From NCBI GenBank assembly GCA_010093995.1, contig ML992510.1, positions 509,504 through 573,503 of the forward strand: DNA of 64,000 nucleotides, in the 5' to 3' direction. Under the pieces are notes generated by a model that was given only the letters and a program-made list of their open reading frames with translations, did not search any database and was not told where the DNA came from. Numbering within the stretch: position 1 is the stretch's first letter; every line of letters starts with the position of its first letter. Shown in pieces: positions 22,871-33,500 of this stretch. Source of the stretch: Elsinoe ampelina (Eukaryota). Position numbers and translations under genes: made by a program.

Positions 22871-23491
22871 CTACCTCCTTTGCACATGGATCTTGCCCAC
22901 GCTGTCAAGGTAAGGTCTATCGCCTGTTCGACACCATATCCCGCGTCGAGTGATGTCTCTCCTCGACATCCCCCCGGGGTGAGCTGCAACCACTTCCAGG
23001 CGCTTCTTTGATTCAGGCTTGCCTTGCTTAAGACGTAGCTTCTCAAAGAAGACGTACGCTCCATAATACACCACACTCTCGGCTCCTCCATATGGTCCTT
23101 TCCTGCCGAGGAAAGTCTTGATCTGGGTTCCTTGGACAGGACGTGCATCTGGGTACATGCTAGAGAATTGTCGCGCGAGCTCCGCCTGGGTTGTTCCTTT
23201 ACGCAATTCTGCGTTGATCTTATTGCGTATGTCCTGGCATGTGTCGTAGATAGGAACAGATTCGCTATCCTCTCCGTCCAAGTGGATGTCCGACACGTCG
23301 AGGCTTTTCTCTTTTTCTTCCAGCTCCTCCTTCTTGCTCTTCTTAGCTTGATTTGGTGTCGGAGAGGTGGATGTGGGACCAGCCGACTCCACCTCTGCAT
23401 GGCTGCGCTTTTTGCCTTTGCTCGAGGCCTGCAACGCGCTGTCGTGACGCGTGGGAGGTGCATTGGCGTCCTTTGGTGTCAATGGCGCCAT
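22871..23491 (-). CDS. Conserved fungal protein of unknown function (probably DUF7726-type), tandem paralog B
   Basis: Same domain (DTCQDIRNKINAELRKGTT, YVFFEKLRLKQGKPESKKRLEV identical to paralog A). First ATG 23491 (MAPLTPKDAN). Confidence 0.8.
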   Translation of the reverse strand: MAPLTPKDANAPPTRHDSALQASSKGKKRSHAEVESAGPTSTSPTPNQAKKSKKEELEEKEKSLDVSDIHLDGEDSESVPIYDTCQDIRNKINAELRKGTTQAELARQFSSMYPDARPVQGTQIKTFLGRKGPYGGAESVVYYGAYVFFEKLRLKQGKPESKKRLEVVAAHPGGMSRRDITRRGIWCRTGDRPYLDSVGKIHVQRR

Positions 23492-24150
23492 TCTTGTGAG
23501 CTTCGACCTGGATTTTGTAGCCCCAACAGCTGCGCAAGCTGACTCTGGTAGAATTCTGTGGGAGGCCAATTGTGAGTGAAGCAGGATTGCCAGGGACGGA
23601 GAAGCTGAATGGTATGAACCGCGTCATCGTATCGCGGCGGGAAGAAGCATGGACCACACCTTACCGAACGCGAAAACGCCAGAATCACGTGAGACGACCA
23701 ACACTTTTTGTTGCCTTCCAAGGCCATATATGGTATGAAACGAGCGCGAGCATTCTCTGCAGTGGTAAAGAAGGCAAAGCTTGCTGGTGGTACATGTGCG
23801 CGAAGTACTACCAGAAGCTCGTGGTGAGCCGAGGTATATGCTACGAGGCGGCTGCCGGACGTGACGATCGATGTGCCCAGGAGGAAGCCCTTGGGAATGT
23901 ACAGTCCTTTGAACAGCTCTACGTGACAAGTGGTCAGAAATCATGAATAACAAATTCGTTGCCTCTCAAGTCAGTCTCCTGGTTGGTCTGTCTCATGTCA
24001 TGTTTGACTGCCAGTGGCGGCCACCGCAACCTCATGTCTTGGCAGGTACATCTTCCTCCATGCCCCACTCATTTGTGTCTTCACACAACTTGCAACCTGA
24101 TTGATATGAATCCGAATACCTTGGCGAATGCTTGAAAGGCCAATGCAAAC

Positions 24151-25314
24151 ATGTTCGCATTACCATTGATTACTCCCACACACGTACGATCCTGTCTCCC
24201 CTATTCGTTATCCAACTAATCTCACTAGACCATCCAGCTCTCCCCCTCACATCAACCTTATACCTACCAGCCCGAAGCTGCTCCAACGGATCCGACCCTT
24301 GCCGCCGCAGCCCAAGCACAACGCCGCCAGAATCCTCCCACTAATCCTTTCTCCCCCTTATCCGTCCTCAAAGCCGACGAAGATGCCATCCGCCAACGTA
24401 AATCCAATATCGCTCGCTTCGGATCAACATGGATCAAGCCACCGGGAGTCAGCAAGACTCTACAAGCTGAGACCGAGGAGCGAGCTGAGCGGGAAGAACA
24501 GGAATTGCTGGCGCGCAGGGAGCAGATGATGTTGGACATGCAGGCGCAGCAGGAACGGGAGGAGGCGAGGGCGAGAATGGAGGAGGAAGCAAGTGCAGAG
24601 GACGACGAAGGGAGAGACCTGGACGATGAGGTACCGGATGCTGAAGAGGAGAGTTTGGAGGATGACGAGGAAGATAGCAGTGAGGAGGAGGATGATGATG
24701 AAGAGGAAGGAATGGAAGATGATTTAGACGCCGAAGTGCCCGAGGCCAGCGGATTAGGGATGGAAAGGGATCTGGACATGAGCATCGCCGAAGGAGTGGG
24801 AAGTACCGAGGGAGACATGACGTTCACGGATGGCAGTCTGCTGGAGGGAAGCATGTTCGTTGACAACAGGGGTGGGGATGAGGAGAACGGAGAGGTCGCG
24901 AGAGAGATTGCGGAGCAGGAGAGATACGCCAGGATGGAAGAAGCAGAATTGACTGGCGCAGCACAAGAGGAGTACGAGCTTGGGATGGAAGGCAATCTCG
25001 ACGACAGCGTCCCAGAAGCCGGAGCATATGAGCATACGGACACTGAACTCGAGGACGACTCAAGCGAGGAGGAAGAAGAAGCCAGCTTCGCCATGCCTGC
25101 CAGACCGGAGCCCCAACGTCGCACTTCGGGCAGGACCGGCCTCTTCGACATAAGCAGAAGAGCACTCGGCGGTCGCCAGTCCGGAGGCAGCGCAGGTAGC
25201 AGAAGCAGTCTCAGCGCCCGTGATGCTAGCTCCCTCCTCGACAGCTCCTTTGTCACCAGCAGCCCTGTAGTGGGTCGTCTGCGCTCAGGAAATAACCGAG
25301 GACGCAGCCGATGA
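24151..25314 (+). CDS. APC/C subunit Apc15/Mnd2-like protein; 2 exons
   Basis: MFALPLITP start; intron 24184-24228 (gtacga..ctaat..tag); motif IARFGSTWIKPPGVSKTLQ followed by a very acidic tail. Confidence 0.8.
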
Positions 25315-25429
25315 ATGGTTACGATTACACGAAACGCTTAGATACCCCATACCAACGAATGCAATGACTGCCAGCAGTGCTCTGTCTCCCATCCTTTTTC
25401 GCTCCTCCAGCAGATTCAATACGAATACA

Positions 25430-26070
25430 AGCCCTTCCCGTGCCCTCCCTTTCCCCATCCAGTCCCTCCCCACCGCACCCTCATCCACCCCTTCCCAGTC
25501 CCTCAAAACAACCACACATACCAAAACACCCCTATCACAAACAAGAAAAACCCCAACCACACCCTCCACCCCACCCCCGTCCTCTCCGCCATCCTCAACA
25601 TCCGATTCATCGTCCCCTTGAGCTTGACCCCGGCCGCCCCAAAATTATCATTCATCTTCTCCGCCAAAGCCGTCGAATCCCTGATCTCATCGCCAATCTT
25701 CATCGTGATATCCTTGAGCATGGCCACGCGCTTGCTCATCTCGCTGACCTGGCCGTCGTTTTGCGATTCCAGCGAGTCGAGCACCGACGTCGCGTAGGGA
25801 TCGTCGGATTTTTTGGACAGGGAGAGGGCGCTGCGTGGGCGGTCTGGGGCCGGCCCCGCGTGGGATGATGGGTATGCGGAGAAGGAGCCCGGTCCGGATG
25901 GGGCGTAGCTGTTGGGTGTGGAGGGGGCATAGCTGCGGGGCGCGGGGGAGGCGGAGTTGGGGCGGGACCGGGAGGGGTCGTAGGAGGAGAAGAGGGAGGA
26001 GCGGGCGTCGCGTTGGGGGAATCTGGACGTGTTAGATGGGGGTGGTGGAGGGGAGGGGAGGGGAGGGGTG
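25430..26070. other. C-rich to G-rich skew switch C (midpoint ~25750), APC15/BET1 convergent junction
   Basis: C/A tracts at 25430-25640 and G tracts at 25820-26070. Confidence 0.85.
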
Positions 26071-26084
26071 TGCCTTGATGCCAT
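25503..26084 (-). CDS. BET1: Qc-SNARE Bet1-like protein
   Basis: LESQND..MSKRVAMLKDITMKIGDEIRDS..MNDNF..LKGTMNRML SNARE motif plus C-terminal TM anchor; ATG 26084. Confidence 0.85.
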   Translation of the reverse strand: MASRHTPPLPSPPPPPSNTSRFPQRDARSSLFSSYDPSRSRPNSASPAPRSYAPSTPNSYAPSGPGSFSAYPSSHAGPAPDRPRSALSLSKKSDDPYATSVLDSLESQNDGQVSEMSKRVAMLKDITMKIGDEIRDSTALAEKMNDNFGAAGVKLKGTMNRMLRMAERTGVGWRVWLGFFLFVIGVFWYVWLF

Positions 26085-26368
26085 TGTCACCGTTGCGCCA
26101 TGGGGTGAAAGATGGTTTTGTGATATGTGTCGCGGTTGTCGACTTGCAACGTGGTGTGTCGGGTAGGCAGCAATTTCTGGGAGATGACTGAGGTTGAAAG
26201 CTTGAAGTTTGGAGATGAAGTTGAAGCTGGTTGCGGACAAAGCCACCAAGCAAATCTATTTTGGATAGAATCCGGCAACTCGACCAAGTCTTCATTCTGG
26301 AGCATTTCTAATGGGAATCGAAGTATGATACATCGTAACTAATAATTCATCGTTAAAGCTTGTCCTGT

Positions 26369-28501
26369 TCACCAAGCATAGCCATCGTCAAGCAACTCAT
26401 CACCCTCGGCTTGCCAGTCATCATCGCCGCTCTCCTCCGAGTCGAGAAAGTGGCTCTCATTGAATTGCTCCTCTCTTGGTCTCTGGTTGTCGATCTTGAT
26501 GTCCACAATGTTGCAGAGACCCTGCTTGAATTTGTTCTTCGTCTCGTCGTCACTTGAGCTGCCGGAGTCGTCAGATTCACTGGCCGAAGTGATGCTTGCT
26601 CTTCTGATTTGAGCCGTCGCAGCGCGCTGTGTCTCAACATCTGCAATACGCTTGCTTCTCCTTGTGGTCGAAGTCGCCTCGCTCTCGTGAGTGCTTTCGT
26701 GGGTGCTTTCGTGACTGCTGAATTCATCCTCGGCGATGGTTCGAATTGGAACTTCAACGCTGGACATGGTGCGTCCGTCCCGCGCTGCCTTGATGTCCTC
26801 AGGTGTCTGCGGCTTCTGCAAATCTTGCGCGATTCGGAAGGCTTTCAATGATGCCAGGTTCGGGTCAGGATCCTTACTTCTCCTGAGGAAGACATTGGTC
26901 AATTTCTCCATCCATTGCTCACGGAAAGAAGCTCGATCTCGCCAGGAAATACTGATGTGCGCGTGCAGAACCAATCTTCGTAGTTTTGACAACTCGGGTG
27001 CGGAGTCAATCAGCGACCCGAATAAGTTCCTTGCGCCATCTGCGGCCCATTTCTGTAGATGCACTAGTTCAATGCTCTCCATTGTGGTTGGCCATGTCGG
27101 TATCTGGTCTTCTCCCAGAAGCTGCCTGTATCTTGCTTCAGCGTCGTTCACAGTATGATGCTGGCTGTAGTAGTGCAGATCCATTGACAGGTGTTTCAAT
27201 TTTGAGCAAGTCGATTTGAGAAGTGGCAAGAAGCCGAGGTCGAGTCGAACGTTGTGGTCTAGAATCATGGTTTCGAGCTGGCAACCGCCATCCTGAGAAA
27301 GAAAGACTTCCATTGCATCCGATGTGAGAGCTTCGCAATTAGCCAGCCTGAGAGCTACCAAAGATTTTGGTAGCCGCTCCAGGAAACGAGCATTGACGAT
27401 GTCGCATGTCTCCAGCTCTAGTGACCGAAGTGACGGCAAAAGAGCAACAGCCTCGGCAATCTTGTCTTCCTGGTGAGCTTGATCTGCTGCAGAGGTGACA
27501 AATTCCGGATGATCACTGATCTCGAGGTGCCGGACATTCTGGAAAGCAGAGCTGGAATGGTAGCTGCACATGAGGTCGTATAGTCTACGTGCTTGACCGG
27601 TCTGGCGGACGAAGAGCCAGTTCCACCTCCAGCTTTTGAGTCGTCTTTCGGTCTTCTCAAGGGCGTCGAACAATGTGCTCGGATACTTCCAACGCGGTAG
27701 TGCATGTCGCCTGTATGGCGGCTTATCTTGGACAGAAGTGATGAGAACGGCTTCGAGTTTGGGTAGTTTCGATATCAATGCGGCAAGCTCGAATGATTCA
27801 TCCTCGTCTTTGCGATTGACGAAGGCGTGTATATCGAGTTCAACCCTCCTCACTTTCACCGCGTAATTGATCCATCCTTGTCCGTCCTGATACTGTGACA
27901 GTGCATGGAGGTGCTCGAGATGGGCAGAAGTTGGTAGACGTGGTTGTTGGTAGAAGGCGGTCAGTGCTGGTTCGGCGAATGCCTTGCATACGCTCCTGGC
28001 TGTTTTGAGGAGCCACGTATGTGAGCCTGCGGTATATGCATATGTGAATATCTGCAATAAGATCTCGTAGGGTAGAGTCTGCCATGCTGGCTGTTTGCCA
28101 TCACTAGGTATATCGGGTGCTTGGGTTGGAGGTTTCACAGAACGCTTGGAGACACGTTTTGGTTTTCTTCTTCTCGGCTTCCCTACAAGGGACGCGACTT
28201 TGTTGATATTCGCGCCGACAGTGTTGGTGCGTTGTGATCTTCGAGGTCGACTTTTCTTCTGCCGGCGCACGTTTTGAGTACTCGGTGGCGTCGCATTCGA
28301 AGGCCCGTCATCAGCCGAGTCGCCATGTTTCAGTCGACGACTTGTTCTCACAGTCTTCGCTTTCTTGATGGGACGGTCAGATTCCGAGAAGTCCTCACTG
28401 ACCACACTAAAGTCATCTTCGGTATCAGGTTCGGCATAGATCGATCTCTTCCTTGTTCGCGCTTGTCGCACAGATCGCCTTTTACGAGACGTATCCGACA
28501 T
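26369..28501 (-). CDS. F-box/leucine-rich-repeat (RNI-like) protein
   Basis: F-box-like WQTLPYEILLQIFTY; LRR-like LPSLRSLELETC, LPKSLVALRLANC, CSKLKHLSM; acidic C-terminus. First ATG 28501. Confidence 0.7.
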   Translation of the reverse strand: MSDTSRKRRSVRQARTRKRSIYAEPDTEDDFSVVSEDFSESDRPIKKAKTVRTSRRLKHGDSADDGPSNATPPSTQNVRRQKKSRPRRSQRTNTVGANINKVASLVGKPRRRKPKRVSKRSVKPPTQAPDIPSDGKQPAWQTLPYEILLQIFTYAYTAGSHTWLLKTARSVCKAFAEPALTAFYQQPRLPTSAHLEHLHALSQYQDGQGWINYAVKVRRVELDIHAFVNRKDEDESFELAALISKLPKLEAVLITSVQDKPPYRRHALPRWKYPSTLFDALEKTERRLKSWRWNWLFVRQTGQARRLYDLMCSYHSSSAFQNVRHLEISDHPEFVTSAADQAHQEDKIAEAVALLPSLRSLELETCDIVNARFLERLPKSLVALRLANCEALTSDAMEVFLSQDGGCQLETMILDHNVRLDLGFLPLLKSTCSKLKHLSMDLHYYSQHHTVNDAEARYRQLLGEDQIPTWPTTMESIELVHLQKWAADGARNLFGSLIDSAPELSKLRRLVLHAHISISWRDRASFREQWMEKLTNVFLRRSKDPDPNLASLKAFRIAQDLQKPQTPEDIKAARDGRTMSSVEVPIRTIAEDEFSSHESTHESTHESEATSTTRRSKRIADVETQRAATAQIRRASITSASESDDSGSSSDDETKNKFKQGLCNIVDIKIDNQRPREEQFNESHFLDSEESGDDDWQAEGDELLDDGYAW

Positions 28502-28991
28502 GTTGTCCACAGTTCGGTGTAGTACGAAGCATTGTCAATGAAATGAAAGCTGTGATTCAAAATCAGCATTCAATATTTCTCCAGTGATGACTTTGGCATG
28601 TGAGGATGTTGCTGCCTTTGCGATTGTTCCTTGACTCACAGGCAGGGAAAGACGTCACAACAGCAGAGCCGCATACAACCGACATCCCGGGTTATGTCCG
28701 AGCGGACTCCTTAAAGCCGTCTGAAGCATCTTGTTTACTTTACCTACATAATTCATAACATGTCCAGTGGCAAGAGCTCATGTTCAAACGATGTGACAGC
28801 TAGAAGAAGTGCACCTAATGTGATGCTGAACGGAGGTCGAACCAGTGACTTCATGGAACCCCATCCAAGCCTGGTAGACTCATTGAAGCGTATGCTATGA
28901 AGTGGAGAGCCCATTATATACAATGGCCATTCGAGGCCTCGGCGCTCTGTACGGCCAATCTCTCTAGCCACGGATGCACCGCCCTTTACCT

Positions 28992-29925
28992 TCAATACTT
29001 GGGCTGACTTATGTCGTTGATCCTCCCGATGTCATCGTAACCCGTCAGGTTTGGCACGACCGGTTCGCCATCTAACCATGACTTGCACTTCCAGTAAAGG
29101 ACATCACACTCCGGACCGTGTGCGGTAGGATCCATCTTTGGAGGGCTTCCATTCTGATTCTCACACCACGCAAGATACCTATACCCACTGCTTGAGATCA
29201 GCATCGAACAACAGCACCCCAATTTGAACTTACCTAGGAAACTTGTCCACCTCCTTGCAAGATATATCAAAGCTTCGACCTGGATGTACTGGCAGCATCT
29301 TATCCTTGTCAAACAGCAGCGTGTACAGGCACACGCCCCACTCTCCCTCCCTCTTCTCCAGCATGAAGAAGAATCGACAGTCAGCCTCGTTATCCATCTC
29401 GATCTCGTCAAAGGTAAAGCGACATGTTATTGTCACTTTCATCTTGCTGACCGCTCTGTCTCCTTGCACATCCACGGTCTGACCATTGATGCGGTGGAGG
29501 ATGTACATGAGAGAGCTACCCAGTGCGAATGCCTCCTTGGATGCTTCGATAAACTCGTCGATCGGTGCTTGCTTACAAGACGTGGCAATATAAGCGTCAT
29601 CGTAGAACATTGAGCGGAAGTTTTGCCATTCTGCGGCATCGCGGTAGCATCCCCAGCCCTCGCAGACCTCGCGTATCTGCATCCGGTCGAGGACGTCGCC
29701 ATCATGACCCGTGATGTTGTTTCGGGAGGCCTTCTTAGGATACGTGTCACCATGCTGTTGCCTAGTTGGATAGAGGTCCTCTTCCGTAGAGCCCTTGGGT
29801 GCGATAAAGTCCTCCATCATGAAAAGACTCCCATTGGGATCCTTGGGTTCCCTAGCTTCCTCGGGTGCGGTGTAATTCTCCATCATGCATAGACTCCTCG
29901 TGGTTGTTGGCTGACGACGCTGCAT
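28992..29925 (-). CDS. SnoaL/NTF2-like protein resembling pea pathogenicity protein 2 (PEP2); 2 exons
   Basis: DRMQIREVCEGWGCYRDAAEW..FRSMF, ILHRING, RAVSKMKVTITCRF, EADCRFFF, DKDK, FPS|GYRYLAW. Intron 29188-29233. Confidence 0.75.
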
Positions 29926-30550
29926 CGCGAATATTCCCCTGTCCTAGCGCGCCGCCACGGATTTGTGGTAGGCATCTCGTCAAACACCTCATGGCCGCGC
30001 TTGTACATGCCATCTGTCAGGAGCCGAAATACTCAGAAGACATATCAAGGTACGAGAAGGTCGTTGCAGCATGCTGCCCATGTTTATACGGGCCTTTGCG
30101 ACCTACGGATGTGTCGACATGCCTGTCCAGATGTGATCTCATGGTGAAAAGGCATGTGCAAGCATGATCTGCAGGTTCTTCACCCCGCAGGCACGAGATA
30201 CCTCTCCTCTGCCAACTCCAACGAGCCACGTAGGGATAGCGCACCGAGACTGCATAACATGTCGACCAGCTAGAGATGCAGAGGCAAGGAAGGAGTCAAA
30301 GGGTTTCCTATGGCCTTTTTAACAGATCTTCGGTTAAAGATGCCCGCCGAATTGAGCCGCATTTTCTTTGAGTTTCCCCGCAAACCATCACGGCGCGCAG
30401 CCAAACGCGATCTTGATATCCTCATCTTGCGGACCTGACCTTTCTACAGGTGAAACGACAACGACAAACTAGGCCATCGATACTCACAGGGGTTTTTCTG
30501 AACGCTGGAGAGTCGTATGGTCATGTCTGGCTCAAATTTGCGCCATACGG

Positions 30551-33500
30551 ATGCTCACCATGGCGATACAAGTGATTAATCTAATATCGGACGATGAAGC
30601 GGAACGCGCGCATCGACCCGCGCCACCTAGTAATGGTCTTCAACGACAGCAGCGACCAGCTTTTCAAAGCCCGAGAGCCAGACCTCTGCAGCTTGAGAGG
30701 CCGGTGAAAGCACCCACACGACCAATCCATCTTGACAGCAGCTCTGATGAGGATTCCACATCCAACATCACTAACTTATGGGGACTGAACGAAACTGCCA
30801 AGCGTCGCATCAATCCAGCATCAGATACAGCGCATACGCAATCCGACATACCAAAGCAGCCGGGGCCTTTGCCGCCATCTCACCAACCTCAGAAGCTGAT
30901 CAATGGCGAATATAGACCGCCGCTGCAGCATACTCGTGAACCGCCTCCTGCACACTCTGTACCCAGCGCGGATCGGGATGCTTCCTATGCTATAGAACAG
31001 CAGCGACAGTCAACACACTCCACAACCTCCAGATCTATCCCTTTGACGAAAGGAGTGCCCGGCTTGCACACAGCATCTTCTGCATCAGCACATGCGGGTG
31101 ACGCTGCCGCTCCGTTACGACCATTTCGTAGAACTTCAGATTCGAATCAGATGCAGTATGTTAGTGATACTACAACCCACAACAGGGCCACAGAGAGGTC
31201 GATCCATGGTCCGAATGGCTCGAAAACGTCCGCGAGACTGCCGAACTTGGGGGCTGCTCCAGGGATGCAGCTCCAACAAAGACCTGTTCAGCAACCGACG
31301 GGTATTCCAGCAAATCGGACATGGATGATGCAGGGATCTGAAGCGCCGCCATCACGCCTCCAACTGCATCAGCAAGCACAAGCAAGCTCTTTGGCCGCAC
31401 AGCGTGCCATACCAAGTAAGGACTCTCCTACCGAACCTACTCCTAGGCAGGTGGGTAACCAGACTCCTATCGAGATCAGAATGCAAAGCAATGGTACGAC
31501 AATTACGGCCACAAGGACAAAGTATCCTAGTGATACATCACGACCACAAATCATCCATTCGGCACTACCGATGGCAGGACAGCTACCTGCGCCATCGCCT
31601 CACGTGATCGATCCTCAACATCATTCTCTCAGTCCCACAGTCCGCACGTTTCGATCATCACAACGACCAAAAACCGAGATGACTTCTCCACAAGTTACGA
31701 CAGCCATGATGCATGGATCTGGAGCAGCACAAGCTGACGCTGTGATAAATGATACGCACGCATCATCAGACGAGGATTCCATACCTGCAAGAAGACCAAG
31801 ACCAGGAACCAAGAACGACACCAAGGTCAAACCACAATCAGAAGCCAAGAAGGACGACACCAAGGTCATATCACAAAGGTTAGATGAAATCAACTCTCGA
31901 AGGCCGTTTGGAGTCGCCTTCGACAGGCCGGCAGCGCAGAAGCGCCAGCGTAGTCCGTCCTTGCCACCGCTCATCAACACGAGACTGGATCAAGAAGATG
32001 GTGATTATCAGGATGAGGCTCCCGAGCAAGACATCGCGTCGGAATCGAGCGCCTCCAACTCCCAACCGTCTCAGATCCAGAGTCGTCCGATTGCGGAAGC
32101 AGTCTCAAAGAAGAGAGCAATGCCAGCAAAGTTCAAACCTGGAGGTTTCCAACCATACTCGGAGGAGGATAATCGACTGCTTTTCCAATTGAGGAAGCTG
32201 GAGGTACGGCCGTGGTCGAAGATCTATCCCTACTTCCCCGACAGGTCTCAGGGCTCTCTTCAAGTACACTTCTATACAAAGGTCCAGCATATGAAGCATT
32301 TTGGGAAGAGCGACAGGCAGGTACCTGCATTGGTAAAGAGGACGTCGATACGCGAGCCTGTTCATGTGGCACCTCACCAAGACTCCGTGCCTCGAACGAT
32401 TGGAAACCCTGAGCGCATGGAAGAAGCTCCCCAAGTACCTGCTCGAATGAGTGCCATCAAAGGTCTCCGCCGTAGAGCCACTGGAGGCTCTGCGAGGCGT
32501 GCTCCCCACGTAGCACAGGAAGAAGACCCAGCGGATGAGCAGGAAGCTCAATATAGACTTGCTCCTGAGGCTCAATTTTTACAGAGCTGTCGTCATCGAG
32601 AGCTTGGGACTGGTAACAATCGATCCAGGAGTGCCGCCTTTACCAAGTTAGCAATTTCCAATATTGCTTACACAAGTCTGGGACCATCAAAATACATCGA
32701 TGACGCCTCCGGGGATGTTGCCACAGTGTCATGGTCACCGAACGACAAATTCTTTGCAGGCGGTGCTGTGGTGCTGAGCGATACAAACAGCATGCAGTAT
32801 AATCGACCCAAAAACCTGTTGCTTGGCGATCATACCGGAACAGTACGAGAGCTTCCAGATCATCATGTGCAACGACCTCTTGTGAAGAAAGGCGTCAACG
32901 CTTCTCATTCAATGCGCGAGTCACAAGATCCGCGGCTGTTCACCACCGTGCAGATGGTGGCATTCTCCCCAGACAATGAGCGATTGCACGCTGTGTCAAT
33001 GGATGGCAAACTCAGTAGCTATCTGCTCAGGGAAGGAGTTTCGGAAACCACACTGGAGGGCATCTACCAGCATGATACCCAGGTCGATCTCCTCACTGTA
33101 AGTCAGACCAATGGCCTCATCGCTACTGGGGAAAGATCGTCGACGGCACAGAGCATTCGCATCTTGCGCACCAATATCGGCGATGCTCCTCGCCTGGAGC
33201 ATGCAATAGGGTCCAAGAATGCATCATCTGGTCTTCCCATGTATCCTTCGGCTCTGAAGTGGGGAGTCGCCCCTCACCAGAGCAGGTATATTCTTGCCGG
33301 TTTCGCGCAAGAGAAGCAGCTACTGTACGCCGACGATGATGCGGTCGACATTGAAGGTGAATCCTGTCTGATCGACTGTGAGACAGGTCATCGTATCGAT
33401 TTTGGTTACAATCGAAATGTCTTTGATGTTGCATGGAATCCACAACTAGGCCATTCTGCATTCGCTGTAGCAAGCGTTGGGTTCGGAAAGCTCAATTTCG

